A stretch of 58,303 bases of DNA, filler included, from Stramenopiles sp. TOSAG23-3 (GCA_900128585.1; 6 parts of 6 records of this genome joined end to end with filler, not necessarily neighbours in it); one strand, 5' to 3'. Counted from the whole stretch's first letter, positions 10,522 through 21,193 are shown. A program made the numbers and translations. The notes: generated from the sequence alone by a model not told the origin.

Positions 10522-12207
10522 ATGGTTCCTCAGGGGCGTCGAAGACGGTCAAAGTATACTGTTGAAACCAATAGTCCAACAGCTGGAAACACGAAAGACA
10601 CAACCTTTGATGGGGGGCGTTTGCATAAGGAACTTCACTCTATCGTCGCAACATACACGGACTCGACGGGTAAATTCATCACAAACAGTTTCATAAACAA
10701 GCTGCTCGAATCCAAAGCCCCTAAAAACCTAACGGAACGGCTGCATGAAACTCAGAGTACACCTGCACTTCCAAGGCACTCGTTCCGATGGGGACATGGG
10801 ACAAAGAATGACAAACCTGCTGATACTGTTGTCGCGAACAAAGAGGAGGGGATCAGCAAACATAAATTGAAAATTATTAATTCGAAGTATCCAGACTTTC
10901 TATCTGTACCCCAAAAAGTCTTGAGGCAATCGTACGGGCACACAATAAGCCTACAGGTATTTGAAAAGGAACTCCAGCAATATTTGCTAGAAACAGGCCA
11001 CATTCCCCATTATTGTGCATATGCAACATCCTTGTGCAGCACTGGTCCTGGTTCTGTCAAGGCGTACGATTCAAAAAAATATCGCGCCTTTAATAATCGG
11101 AGGGCCCCTTTTGCATTGGGTGGACTAGGTGGTCTCCCTTTTGTAGGAATAACAGGGATGAAAGCTATTGCAACCCAGCTACCTCCGGGAGGAAAGGTAG
11201 TGCTGCTCTATGGACAACATGTTGGTATAGACGATCTTGGTCGCTTGGGATTCGCCACGGCGTGCGATGAACAATCGGGCTTGTTGCTTAGAATTCAGTC
11301 TTGCGAACCGATCATGAAAGTGTACAAAAAGATGGTAAATATGAAGGCAGCTACATTTTTCTCTGATGTAGGGCAGGAGGAATTAAACAGGGACTTCCTC
11401 GAATTGCAAAAATTAGTGCAGCCGCATATGGTAGAACTAGAAGTGGCAAGCGAGAGGCCGTGTTTTCACCTACCAACAGTAGCGTATAGAGAACAGCGCA
11501 AAAGGTTGTTAAAAATTACAAACGCTTCAATTGAAGGAAAAGGAATCATGGTAGGTTACGTTCGAATTATAATGCCCCCGAACGAAGATGATAGAATAAT
11601 ATTAATGAATGTGGACGTCGTGAAACCGAGAAATCTCCGTAAAAAAAACGATCAAGATCAAGGAATGGCGGACGGCGACGCGCAAGATGCAGGAAAGAAA
11701 GGCACGGTGGAGGGAGAAATGAGGGAAGGTGAGGAAACGGAGGAGAGTTGGTTGGTAGACAAGCTGGGCATACTTCGATCCCGCTGCATGAAAGTTGAAC
11801 AGCATATTCTTGCAAGCACAGAAGCTCAAAGGGCGTTGAAAGATTCTATAGAAAATTTGGAAGACAAAGAGCGTGCCAAGAGGACATTAACGCGAGCGAA
11901 ACAAGCGCACAAAGCTCGTGTTGAAGATGACTGGAAATTAGACAAAAATGGAACGGTCCCAATAGCATTGCAAAAAATGAAGGGCTTGGCAATTTACTTT
12001 AGATGGAGTCGTATGGTACGAAGACTCTTTAACATTGTACGATTGAAAGAAGTCAACGAAGATTGGAACTTAAACGCTGAAACCCGCAAAGATGCCAGGT
12101 TGAAATTTGGAAAACTATTCATGACCATGAGATGGAAGGGCCTCATGACAAGGTTTTTGGCGAAGCACAACCAGCTTGAAAGGAAAGAGTTGCTCCGATA
12201 TTACTAG
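10522..12207 (+). CDS. LCIB/theta-carbonic-anhydrase-like domain protein with C-terminal coiled coil
   Basis: YATSLC, PFALGGLGGLPFVGITGMKA, PPGGKVVLLYGQHVGID..G.LG match LCIB/C family motifs as I recall them. Confidence 0.7.
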   Translation: MVPQGRRRRSKYTVETNSPTAGNTKDTTFDGGRLHKELHSIVATYTDSTGKFITNSFINKLLESKAPKNLTERLHETQSTPALPRHSFRWGHGTKNDKPADTVVANKEEGISKHKLKIINSKYPDFLSVPQKVLRQSYGHTISLQVFEKELQQYLLETGHIPHYCAYATSLCSTGPGSVKAYDSKKYRAFNNRRAPFALGGLGGLPFVGITGMKAIATQLPPGGKVVLLYGQHVGIDDLGRLGFATACDEQSGLLLRIQSCEPIMKVYKKMVNMKAATFFSDVGQEELNRDFLELQKLVQPHMVELEVASERPCFHLPTVAYREQRKRLLKITNASIEGKGIMVGYVRIIMPPNEDDRIILMNVDVVKPRNLRKKNDQDQGMADGDAQDAGKKGTVEGEMREGEETEESWLVDKLGILRSRCMKVEQHILASTEAQRALKDSIENLEDKERAKRTLTRAKQAHKARVEDDWKLDKNGTVPIALQKMKGLAIYFRWSRMVRRLFNIVRLKEVNEDWNLNAETRKDARLKFGKLFMTMRWKGLMTRFLAKHNQLERKELLRYY

Positions 12208-12332
12208 AACTATTATAGTTTATTTTTACTTAACACAGAAGAAGAGAATGATTTATAGAAGATTTTGTGGGTTGTTAAAATATACCACCCGTACCGGTAG
12301 TATTTTAAATATTTTTTTTATTACACATTTTG

Positions 12333-12415
12333 CGGTACGGTACCGTACCGGCCAACAAACAGATCGTGCCGAAGGAAGAAATTGTTCCCGTGCCTGGTAC
12401 AGGTAGTACCTGTAC
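12333..12415. repeat. GTAC-rich palindromes between convergent genes
   Basis: Perfect 18-bp palindrome CGGTACGGTACCGTACCG at 12333-12350; inverted repeat GTACAGGTA-G-TACCTGTAC at 12397-12415. Confidence 0.85.
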
Positions 12416-12492
12416 GAAGTACGCAATACTAATGCCATTGTAATCCTAAACTCAAGAGGCATAGATGCGCAGAGTTAGCTCAAAAGCCGAAC

Positions 12493-13671
12493 TCATTCTT
12501 TGTATTTTTCTTCGTCCGCACCAGAGTTCTTATTTTCAATATTAAAGATTCTAATGGTGGCATCGCCGCCTGCAACAACGAATTTTGATCCATCTGAATT
12601 AAAGTCAAGACTATAGACACCGCGACTGAGACCTGCAACCGTACCCACAGTCGCGTAATTATTTTTTCGATCGAATATTTTTGCTTCGTTTTTACCACTG
12701 CCCCCGGCAGCAATCAAGGAAGCATCGTTGCTGAATTTGGCACAGTACAGCATGCAATCATTCTTACTGTTTTCACCGCCCCATTTGATTTCTTCAATGA
12801 TTTTGCCAGTCCCAAAATCCCACAGCTGCAACTGGTGGTCCTGTCGCCACGACCCAGTCAGGATCTTGCCATCCTTGACATCTAGGGCGTCGCCACACAC
12901 ATGCGGGCCATAAAAGCTCCGCACTGCCATTTCAATCCTTGTGTCCCAGATTTGAATCGTGTTATCCCAGCCACCGCTTACAACGAAATTATCGTCAAAA
13001 TTGCAAAATTTCAACGAGAAGACACGGTTAGAGTGTCCCAACGAGACGTCCAAAGGTTTTTGCGTAGACATCATTCCACCTTGCATTTTTGATATTTGCG
13101 TTTTCGTTGCTTCATCGTAGATGCGTATGCAAGCATCTCGGCCCGCGGTGGCAAACTTAGTGCCGTCTGGGTTGTAGTCCACGGTCAACAAGGGGTTTTT
13201 CTCGTCGCGAATTTCGTGAAGGCAACGCCCGGAAGTAACGTGCCAGTGCTGGACACTCCCGTCGGAGTTGACAGCTAGGAGGACATTTCGGGTTTTCGAA
13301 ACACCACTGGCTGGGCGAAAAGCAATCGCAGTCGTAGGCAATGCCGATGCGTTTGTCACGTTTAGATTGTAACTCAACCGTCCCGTCTCCGTTTTAAATA
13401 CTCGGATAGCACCGTCTCCGCACCCTGCAGCCAAGAGACCGCCGTCTGGGGAAAACCTTGTGACAAATACTTCACCAGGATTTTCGCTTATGTCCAGGTG
13501 AGGGACCATTTTTTTGTCTGATTTATACATAGCACCGTCAACAACTTTGATGTGCGGTTTGCTATTCGCAATGGTCGGCTGTGCAAACTTCGTGTTCACG
13601 TGGCTAAAGTTCTCCAGGTCGTCTTCTGCATTTTTCCCTTCCCACATTCCTTCGTCTCCTGAACTTGACAT
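12493..13671 (-). CDS. WD40 repeat protein
   Basis: Multiple WD40 repeats (RFSPDG..LAAGCGDG.IRVF, GHSNRVFSLKF...VSGGWDNTIQIWD, LQLWDF). Confidence 0.88.
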   Translation of the reverse strand: MSSSGDEGMWEGKNAEDDLENFSHVNTKFAQPTIANSKPHIKVVDGAMYKSDKKMVPHLDISENPGEVFVTRFSPDGGLLAAGCGDGAIRVFKTETGRLSYNLNVTNASALPTTAIAFRPASGVSKTRNVLLAVNSDGSVQHWHVTSGRCLHEIRDEKNPLLTVDYNPDGTKFATAGRDACIRIYDEATKTQISKMQGGMMSTQKPLDVSLGHSNRVFSLKFCNFDDNFVVSGGWDNTIQIWDTRIEMAVRSFYGPHVCGDALDVKDGKILTGSWRQDHQLQLWDFGTGKIIEEIKWGGENSKNDCMLYCAKFSNDASLIAAGGSGKNEAKIFDRKNNYATVGTVAGLSRGVYSLDFNSDGSKFVVAGGDATIRIFNIENKNSGADEEKYKE

Positions 13672-14384
13672 TTTACTTCTTTCTTCGAATGACTATTTTC
13701 AAAATGTATGTTAATCGTTAAGCAAACAGGTCTTCGTTCCAAAATAGCTTCGGCCTTTTCCTTTTCTAAATGTGCCTCTGGTGTTTACATATTTTCAAAC
13801 TAAACTCACTTCACTAACGTCCTCATCGCGGCACTCACACTCCGTCCGTTCCCCACTCATACCGCTCTACTTTGAGATCGAGCCTTCTTCCTCATCATTT
13901 CTTTTTGTTCTGTAGTAGTAGTATGTATTGTAAAAAAATTAAGAATTAAAAAAAAAGACGACTGTAACATATAGACAGCATAGTGGATTGAATTTGAAGG
14001 AAATGTTGTTAAATTATAGGTACATAGGAAGGATATAATAAATAGAAGAATAGGGAAAACGTTATTTTATTATATTATTTTTTTAATTTAAAAAACTAAT
14101 CGTCCTTAGCGAGCTGTTACAGTGTACACAGTATGTAATAAATATACTTCATTATTTATATTTTGTTGGAATAGTTAGAAGCAGCCAAACTAGTTGTCGT
14201 TCTTACTACGACGGTACGTACAGGTAAAAACCGAATCAACGAAGCATTAAAAAAAAGACTTGATAGTACCAGTAGTATACGAAGTATTGTACATTATAAA
14301 TACAGAAGTCAGTCGTCTACATGCAACTCTATTTAAAAATGAATAAATAAATGAAACAACAGACAACACATTGAACATCATCGC

Positions 14385-14400
14385 TCTTTCTCTCTTTCTC

Positions 14401-14436
<36 letters not shown>

Positions 14437-14482
14437 TCGACTCTTTCTTTCGACTCTTTCTTTCTTTCTTTCTTTCTTTTCT
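14385..14482. repeat. (TTTC)n microsatellite with TTCGACTC interruptions
   Basis: Directly visible tandem repeat. Confidence 0.9.
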
Positions 14483-15109
14483 TCCCTCTCGTCTCTCCTT
14501 ATGACTATCTTATATATTTAAATTAAATTATATACTTCTTCAATAATATAATTAGGCAAATAATAAAATAATGACAATCCAAATAATTTAAATATTTTTT
14601 ATTTCCTTTTCTATACTTATGAATTTAAAGTAGTATATTAGTAATAGGAAAGGAACTGTATTGTATGTAAAATATGAAAGTTCGAAGTGCTTGAACGAGG
14701 AACGCTGGAACGCTGAACAATCCCAACGATAAAAGTATGGTGGTACAGGTAAGGTGGTGGGAAGAACTTTTCTTCCTCTATTTTTTATTAGATAAATGAA
14801 TAGACCAGGAAAACCAGCGGAATTTACAATAATAAATAAAATAGAGAATGAAGTACGGTAGGAGGTAGGAGGAACCGATTATGAGGGGATTAATACCGAT
14901 ATAGCAGCTAAATACTACACGAGAGCACCAGGAACCAGGATGGAAGAGAGGAGCAGATTATATAGTACCGCGGTACAGTATGATTATTTTTATAAAATAA
15001 GAAATAATAATTATATAGGAAAGTTACGCTTTTGGTGCCTTCCGATAAATAAATAACAGTCCATTCAAGATATAACACGTCCGGTTTCTGTTCATCAAAA
15101 TTTTGCAAT

Positions 15110-16168
15110 TTAAAATTCTTTCATGGGAATATTTCTGAACGGATAATAGCGTTTCCCTTCAAATGGGGTGTTTGCATACTGTGGATCCCCATCTTTCGGG
15201 CCCGGTGGCTGCTGGAACATTTTCGGGGCGCTTGGAATCGCTGTCATGCAACCAACTGCAATCCATAGCATCCACACGATAAACAAGCCGAGGATAGTGC
15301 CGGAAAGGATCTCGGGGGAAGTCGGCAGATGAGAGACAATAGGCTTCCTTGCCACGCTATCACTTAGTTCGCCCATTGAAGATGACTCAAGGAAGGAGAA
15401 TCCAGCAAGCTGCGGGGTGGGCACTAGAATGGATTCAGACTTTCTCGCAGTTGACGGCTGGCCTACAATAAACGCAGAGTATTTACCACCAGTAGTTCTC
15501 TCCAAAGATTCCAATGCGCCACCATAAAACGTCTTTAATGCTGCCTCTTTTTGACCTTCCAGGTTCACCAAAACAAGTGAAGTACCCCCCGCCCGCCGGG
15601 CCAATAATTTCTGAAGTCCCCCTTCAAGAAAAGAGGGAGCATCTTGAAAGCTTACTGTATGCACCTGCAACCCGGAGGACTTCGCGCCGTCTCGGATTCG
15701 GCCGACTAACGAGGGAAAACTTCTTGCTCTCTCTTCAATGTTCTCTGGGCTATATCTGTACAGAAATGACTGTTGGTTCAATTTTTGCTCCGCAAACGGT
15801 TTGTTGCCTAGTTCTATGTTTTTCTTGTATCCTCCAAGGATTGTCGACATGCTGTCTGAACTTAACGCAGTGTCGTGGACAAACCCCACGGTAAGTCCGG
15901 GGACTCGAGAAGATTGTACGAGCTTACCAGCCAGAAGCTGACGAATTGTGACCAAAGGCTCTTCGTTCTCCTTCAACGTACTCTGCTTCACAAACTTCTC
16001 ATCAGATTTTCCACCGTGCCAAAACAATGCAGGGAGAGGACTCCACAACTGCGTCTTCTCAATCAGCGTAGAAGCCACTTCCGCAGAAAACAAACATTGC
16101 ACACCGGCAAGCAAGACTACTACAGCGCACTGCTGCCGGCAGAACGGGCGTGGCGGTATAAATGTCAT
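15110..16168 (-). CDS. Type I membrane protein, V-ATPase accessory subunit Ac45/Voa1-like
   Basis: N-terminal signal-like segment; C-terminal SPEILSGTILGLFIVWMLWIAVGCMTAIPSAPKMF resembles the Ac45-VOA1 TM motif (TPGI..GL.....L..G...L..IQTP..F). Confidence 0.55.
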   Translation of the reverse strand: MTFIPPRPFCRQQCAVVVLLAGVQCLFSAEVASTLIEKTQLWSPLPALFWHGGKSDEKFVKQSTLKENEEPLVTIRQLLAGKLVQSSRVPGLTVGFVHDTALSSDSMSTILGGYKKNIELGNKPFAEQKLNQQSFLYRYSPENIEERARSFPSLVGRIRDGAKSSGLQVHTVSFQDAPSFLEGGLQKLLARRAGGTSLVLVNLEGQKEAALKTFYGGALESLERTTGGKYSAFIVGQPSTARKSESILVPTPQLAGFSFLESSSMGELSDSVARKPIVSHLPTSPEILSGTILGLFIVWMLWIAVGCMTAIPSAPKMFQQPPGPKDGDPQYANTPFEGKRYYPFRNIPMKEF

Positions 16169-16727
16169 GACTCCTTCCTTGAAAACGTCTTTGGTTTTGT
16201 TTCTTGCCTATTCGCTAGGTACATTTCCCATTTCGAATGTCGTATAGTTTGTTTGGGTAGAAACGATTGTGTTCACCATATACTCATCCCTTCCTCCGTT
16301 TGTCCGTCCGTCCATCCATCATATCGGATAATTTATTACTGCAACAATAATAATATAATAATAATAATAATTGAAGAAAAAAATAATAAAAAATTATACA
16401 ACACAGCAGCAGTAAAAAATGAAAAAATAGAATACTGTCAAACATTTGTTGTGTTGTTTGTTGTTGTTGCTCGTTGTAATAATAAATAAAAAATATAATA
16501 AATTATACAGTAATAAATAGAAGAAGAAGAAAAAAAGAAGAAGAAGAGAAGAATGAATAACTACGAGGAGTCCTCGTATAGCTAGTTAAAATAAAAATAA
16601 ATAATAATAAAAAAAAACCAAATTTATCTCCAAATAACATAGGAGAGCATTAAGAATATATATTCCTTAATTGAAACTATTAGCTTTATCAATTGTAAGG
16701 AAATTATTTGTATTTTAAATTATAGTG

Positions 16728-16751
16728 TAGCCTAGCCTAGCCTAGCCTAGC
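16728..16751. repeat. (TAGCC)n short tandem repeat
   Basis: Nearly five perfect units. Confidence 0.85.
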
Positions 16752-17410
16752 GATGAATATAGAAATACAAGAGAAAGAGGTGGCGGTTGGGAGAAAGAGA
16801 TGATTTCCTTCTGTTTGTTTATTCCAGTACTTTTTAACATTTTAATATGAAGTACAAAATTTTCATAGTCAATTCAGTTTACAGCCTATTACTTAATTAT
16901 AATTGTGAAAGACACACGTATTTAATTAAATACATAGAAGGACAGAATGCAACAAAACAAATAAATCCTTTTAAGCAAGTGGGGGGCCACGTAGCAACCA
17001 ATCACTCCTTATGTCTTTCTTCTTTTCACCGATTATAGGAACATTTTTCGTAGGTATCTTTCTCTTTAAGTACATATTGGAAACCTAACAACTACGAGGC
17101 GAACAACACGATGAAAAAGAGATGACTGTATATAATGTAAACATTTTCCATTATCGAACGATCAGATCTGAGATTAGTTGTTGTCGATTGTGTGTTCATG
17201 CTGTTGTTGTGTCTTCTTTTTTTAATATTATTATTGTTATTTTATTTAGAAAAAGGTTAGTGCTGTATAGTCTTAGTTTATATATTATTTTAGCAATATA
17301 TTTATTATTCCAAATTCTTCCTTCCTTCTTTTTTTTTTCGCTTTTTCCATTGTCAGCTGTTACAGTAAAAACGTTATATTTTTTTTAACTATGATTTCCA
17401 TCTTGTCACC

Positions 17411-17510
17411 NNNNNNNNNNNNNNNNNNNNNNNNNNNNNNNNNNNNNNNNNNNNTTAATTAATTAANNNNNNNNNNNNNNNNNNNNNNNNNNNNNNNNNN
17501 NNNNNNNNNN
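17411..17510. other. Artificial contig-joining spacer
   Basis: N44-TTAATTAATTAA-N44 with stops in all frames; same design five times in the window. Confidence 0.97.
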
Positions 17511-17585
<75 letters not shown>

Positions 17586-17587
17586 AA
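17511..17587. repeat. (AAAG)n microsatellite at contig end
   Basis: Directly visible. Confidence 0.95.
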
Positions 17588-18130
17588 CGGCCATCTCATC
17601 TCCTCTTCAATCTTCGTCGTATACAGTACGTAGTGTAACGTAATATCAGCAGCTCAAGTTGTTCATCAATGATGATCCTCAAAATTAAGAATTAAAATAA
17701 ATAGGATAAGCATAGAATATCAAACCAATGTACTGAATACTCGCATTATATGATGAATGATGATTTAGACTAATTGGACTAATTACTCACCAACAAGAGA
17801 GAGAAGAAGGAAGAAGAAAAAAAGTCAGGTCACATGACTACTACGGTACCAGGTATTCCGGTACCGGTACCGTATTTTCTTCCTATTATTAAAAAAAAAA
17901 ATAAATAAATACAATAATAATAAAAAAAAACGATTTGGTAACATTGTGGTTTTTATCGATTTCTTGTAAAGGGAAAGGTATCGATCAACTCTTATTGAAT
18001 TCACAATAGATGTTCATCAACTTAATCTTTCCCAGAATAAGAATTCCAAACAATTTGAATTGATCGTTAGATACAATAATAACGTGCCAAGAGGATCAAC
18101 CGACTTCTGAAGTTTGTTAGGTGCTTTGTC

Positions 18131-19147
18131 ATGTCGCGTGCTAGTGGGAAACCAAAGGCGTTGCCCCAAACGCTGACCTTGGACCATGTCTCTCCCGCTA
18201 CTAGACTGCTGGAAAAACGGCGCCAGATGTTTGAAGTTCAGGAAGCCCTGAACGCCCAAAAAGAAGATTTTCAACGGAGGGAAGAAGCTTTTAGAAGGAG
18301 AGAGGAAGGCTTGAGACAAAAAGACTTGGAACTCCAGGAGTCCCTGATTAAGTTTAACAAATTTTTGCAGGAGAACGAGAGCAAACGGAACCGCGCGGAG
18401 AAGCGGGCAAGGGACGAGGGGCGACAGGCCGTTGAAAAGGAAAAAGAGATTCAAAGAAAGACGTTGGAGCACGAACACATGAAACTAGAGTGTGAAAAAG
18501 TCAAGGAGAGCCTGAGAAAGATGAGCCGCTACCGCGATTTTTTGGAAAGAGCGCAGCGGGAGAACGTGGAGGACTACCCGGAAATATCGGACTTGGAGAG
18601 TCGTTACAAAACCCTCGTGTCCTCCAACGTCGAGCTGATTGAAGGGCAGCGAGAAAACGAGAGAAAAAATGAAGAGCAGAGGACAAACTTCTCCGATTAC
18701 ACGAAGACAGAGACCAATAAAATGCTGAATTCTAACAATTTGATCGCGAATTTGCAACAAACTCTAGAAATGGAAGAAGCGCAAGCGGCGCAGGCCCAGG
18801 ACGATTTTGACGAATCCATACGGAAGGCGGGATCGGAGACCCTGGAAGTAGGGCAAGTTGTAATGGCCGTCCAAAATTTGTTGCAACGCTGTACAAAAAA
18901 CCATGGAGCAATAAAGCACTACGATGACTCGAAAAATAGCAACGGGGGCAGCATGCACCAGCCAGAAAACCAAAGCGTAGCAGATGAATTACAGGCCAAA
19001 GGTGAACAGACGAAAGTTGACCTGGAAGTTATCGCGGCATACATCACTGACTTTTCTGCAATTGTGTCTGACTTTGAGAAAAAGATTAAGAAAGGTGGAG
19101 AAAAGGCAAAGAGTCCAGGGGAGGCCAATCCTGACGATGCGTACTAA
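18131..19147 (+). CDS. CFAP73: Cilia/flagella-associated coiled-coil protein CFAP73/CCDC42 (DUF4200)
   Basis: SPATRLLEKRRQMFEVQEAL..QKE.F.RREE......L.ESLIKFNKFLQENESKR.RA. Confidence 0.85.
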   Translation: MSRASGKPKALPQTLTLDHVSPATRLLEKRRQMFEVQEALNAQKEDFQRREEAFRRREEGLRQKDLELQESLIKFNKFLQENESKRNRAEKRARDEGRQAVEKEKEIQRKTLEHEHMKLECEKVKESLRKMSRYRDFLERAQRENVEDYPEISDLESRYKTLVSSNVELIEGQRENERKNEEQRTNFSDYTKTETNKMLNSNNLIANLQQTLEMEEAQAAQAQDDFDESIRKAGSETLEVGQVVMAVQNLLQRCTKNHGAIKHYDDSKNSNGGSMHQPENQSVADELQAKGEQTKVDLEVIAAYITDFSAIVSDFEKKIKKGGEKAKSPGEANPDDAY

Positions 19148-19933
19148 TAAAATGTATACAAGGGTATTATTGAACCGTCTTTTTTACTAATTCGGCATTT
19201 TGACTTGTTCATTCCCGCGTCTCTCCCACGCCAGTGAACCATTTCTTTCCATTGACTTTCTGCAGCCTTGAGAAGATAGTCGACTATCATACTATATAAT
19301 TTGTTTTTTCATATGAAATATATTTATTTACTGTATATTATACCTAAGTTTAAATGGCTTAACTATTATAGCAGTAGTCCCAACTCCCAACGGTGAGAAA
19401 TACTCGTCTTGTTAGTTTTAGTATACATAATATCGTACTTAACAAAGATAGTAATGATCGCGCTGTACACCCGAAGCTTATTTACGGTAGGTTACAACGG
19501 AAAAATATAAATTATTATTGGACATTATTATGCTGTGAGCTGTAATACTATTATACACTCCATACTGTTGTCCTGTTGGTGTTGTTTGTTGTTGTTGGGT
19601 CTTTTTTTTTTTAGAATATTTTCTCACTTCTTCTTCTTTTTTTTTTTATTTCTTTTTCTTCTTCTTCTTTCTTCTCATTATTATTATTTTTTTTATTAAT
19701 TTTTTTTATTATTATTAAGCTTAAAACATTTAAGAAGTGTATTTATTACAAGCTTAAGAGTTTGAATGATTTAAACGTAATGTTTTCAGATACTCGTCGA
19801 TTTTGGTCTGAATGATGAGGGGAAATATTGAATCGTATTATTTAACGTTTGCGTCTGCTTTTTGGCTGATTTTCGTTTACTTTCTACCCCGCGTGTCGTG
19901 AGCTTTTTTTCTGAGAGCTGGGTGTGTCTGTTG

Positions 19934-20137
19934 ATGGGGTTGAAGGAGAAGGCTCTTGTAGTTGGCTTTACGGGCATCGTTTGTTTGGTCGTTTCGACTG
20001 TCCATACAGCACCTTTTGGCGTCGGTCCGGCCCGCGATATTCCAAAAAACCGTCCGGGTTCTAAACCTGAGGAAGAAAAGCAAAAGCCGTCCTCCTCACC
20101 AGGGTCTGTTTGGAAGAATATAGAGAGGAGAAAATAA
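19934..20137 (+). CDS. Small single-pass membrane protein (67 aa)
   Basis: MGLKEKALVVGFTGIVCLVVSTVH hydrophobic segment plus charged tail ending PGSVWKNIERRK; coding-like composition. Confidence 0.5.
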   Translation: MGLKEKALVVGFTGIVCLVVSTVHTAPFGVGPARDIPKNRPGSKPEEEKQKPSSSPGSVWKNIERRK

Positions 20138-20173
20138 ATCCCTACTCCAGTTACGGCTTGAAAGCGTTCAACC

Positions 20174-21193
20174 ATGCTTGCGGCGCAAAATAAAAATGTG
20201 GACAGCAAGAAAATACCAGAGACTGCCACAACAGTGACGGCTTACGTCCAAAAACCACGTGCAGCAAAGCATAATCATATTTTTCACGTCGTTTTTTTCT
20301 TTGACAAGAGCATTCCAGGCCTGCAAACGGTTGATATTTGCGGTACGTTCACCCTATGGAAACTTGTTCGTTTGACCCGCGTCGAGGACGTGACTCGGGG
20401 AGTTTATTATCACACTACCCTGCAGGTCCCAGCCGGGGTTCATCATTACCGGTTCAAAGTGCAAGTAGAGAAGGTAGAAGGGGCGAAGACTTTAGTGCAA
20501 GAGTATTATATCATAGATGAAGATTATTCTTCCAAAAATAATGATGAGTTTGGTGAAGCCCTTAACGTGCTGGATTTGGCAATGGGCCGCCACAGAGGGT
20601 TGCATAATTTAATCGAGAAAAGGGAGAAGTGGGTAGTACCGAAGCACGAGTTAGAGGGAAGAGTTCTGCTGACGAGCTCCTCTGGGCACGACCCGGGGCG
20701 GTTGCCACAAGATATAGTAGTTGTAATGCAGAAATATGAGGAAATGAACACCAAAAGGGACCAAGAGGAAGAGAGAAAAGCTCTTCAGCGTCTTCGCAAG
20801 CGCTCGGTCTATTTGTACAACGTTGAAATGGAGAAGAAGCGGAAAAAGAAGCACCGGATTGCGCGCATGAAACGAGGAGTGGATCCAAAATCGCTTCCTT
20901 CGCCTGCGGTATATGGGATTTTGCCAAATTCTGAACGTGGTCGCCAAATGATGAATCTTGGGAACTCTGCAACTGTTCCAAAGGTAAAAAAAGACCATAT
21001 TCCTCGCCGGCGCTCGGGCGCCCGCTTGATTGGAGCGCTGGAGAAGTGTCCCGCTGTATCAGTTTTTGAAATGGAGGACCGAGTGAAGAAAATTCTAGGC
21101 GAGAGTCGAGCTGTTGCAAGCAAGATGCCGAAGAAACGGAACAAATTCAAAACGCGGAAATCATACAAGAATTTCTTACCGAATAAGAATTAA
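20174..21193 (+). CDS. Protein with AMPK-beta-type glycogen-binding (CBM48-like) domain and basic C-terminus
   Basis: V.ICGTFTLWK.V.L........Y...LQVPAGVHHYRFKV......D.......FG..LNVL. Confidence 0.65.
   Translation: MLAAQNKNVDSKKIPETATTVTAYVQKPRAAKHNHIFHVVFFFDKSIPGLQTVDICGTFTLWKLVRLTRVEDVTRGVYYHTTLQVPAGVHHYRFKVQVEKVEGAKTLVQEYYIIDEDYSSKNNDEFGEALNVLDLAMGRHRGLHNLIEKREKWVVPKHELEGRVLLTSSSGHDPGRLPQDIVVVMQKYEEMNTKRDQEEERKALQRLRKRSVYLYNVEMEKKRKKKHRIARMKRGVDPKSLPSPAVYGILPNSERGRQMMNLGNSATVPKVKKDHIPRRRSGARLIGALEKCPAVSVFEMEDRVKKILGESRAVASKMPKKRNKFKTRKSYKNFLPNKN

Noticed and set aside
13745-13775. GCTTCGGCCTTTT resembling the U2 snRNA 5' end
   Set aside because: The adjacent GGCTAAGATCAAGTGTAGTA branch-recognition sequence is absent
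17411-17510. TTAATTAATTAA palindrome flanked by Ns, five times in the window
   Set aside because: Identical 100-nt design with stops in all frames marks an artificial contig spacer; ORFs that run into it are truncated, not terminated
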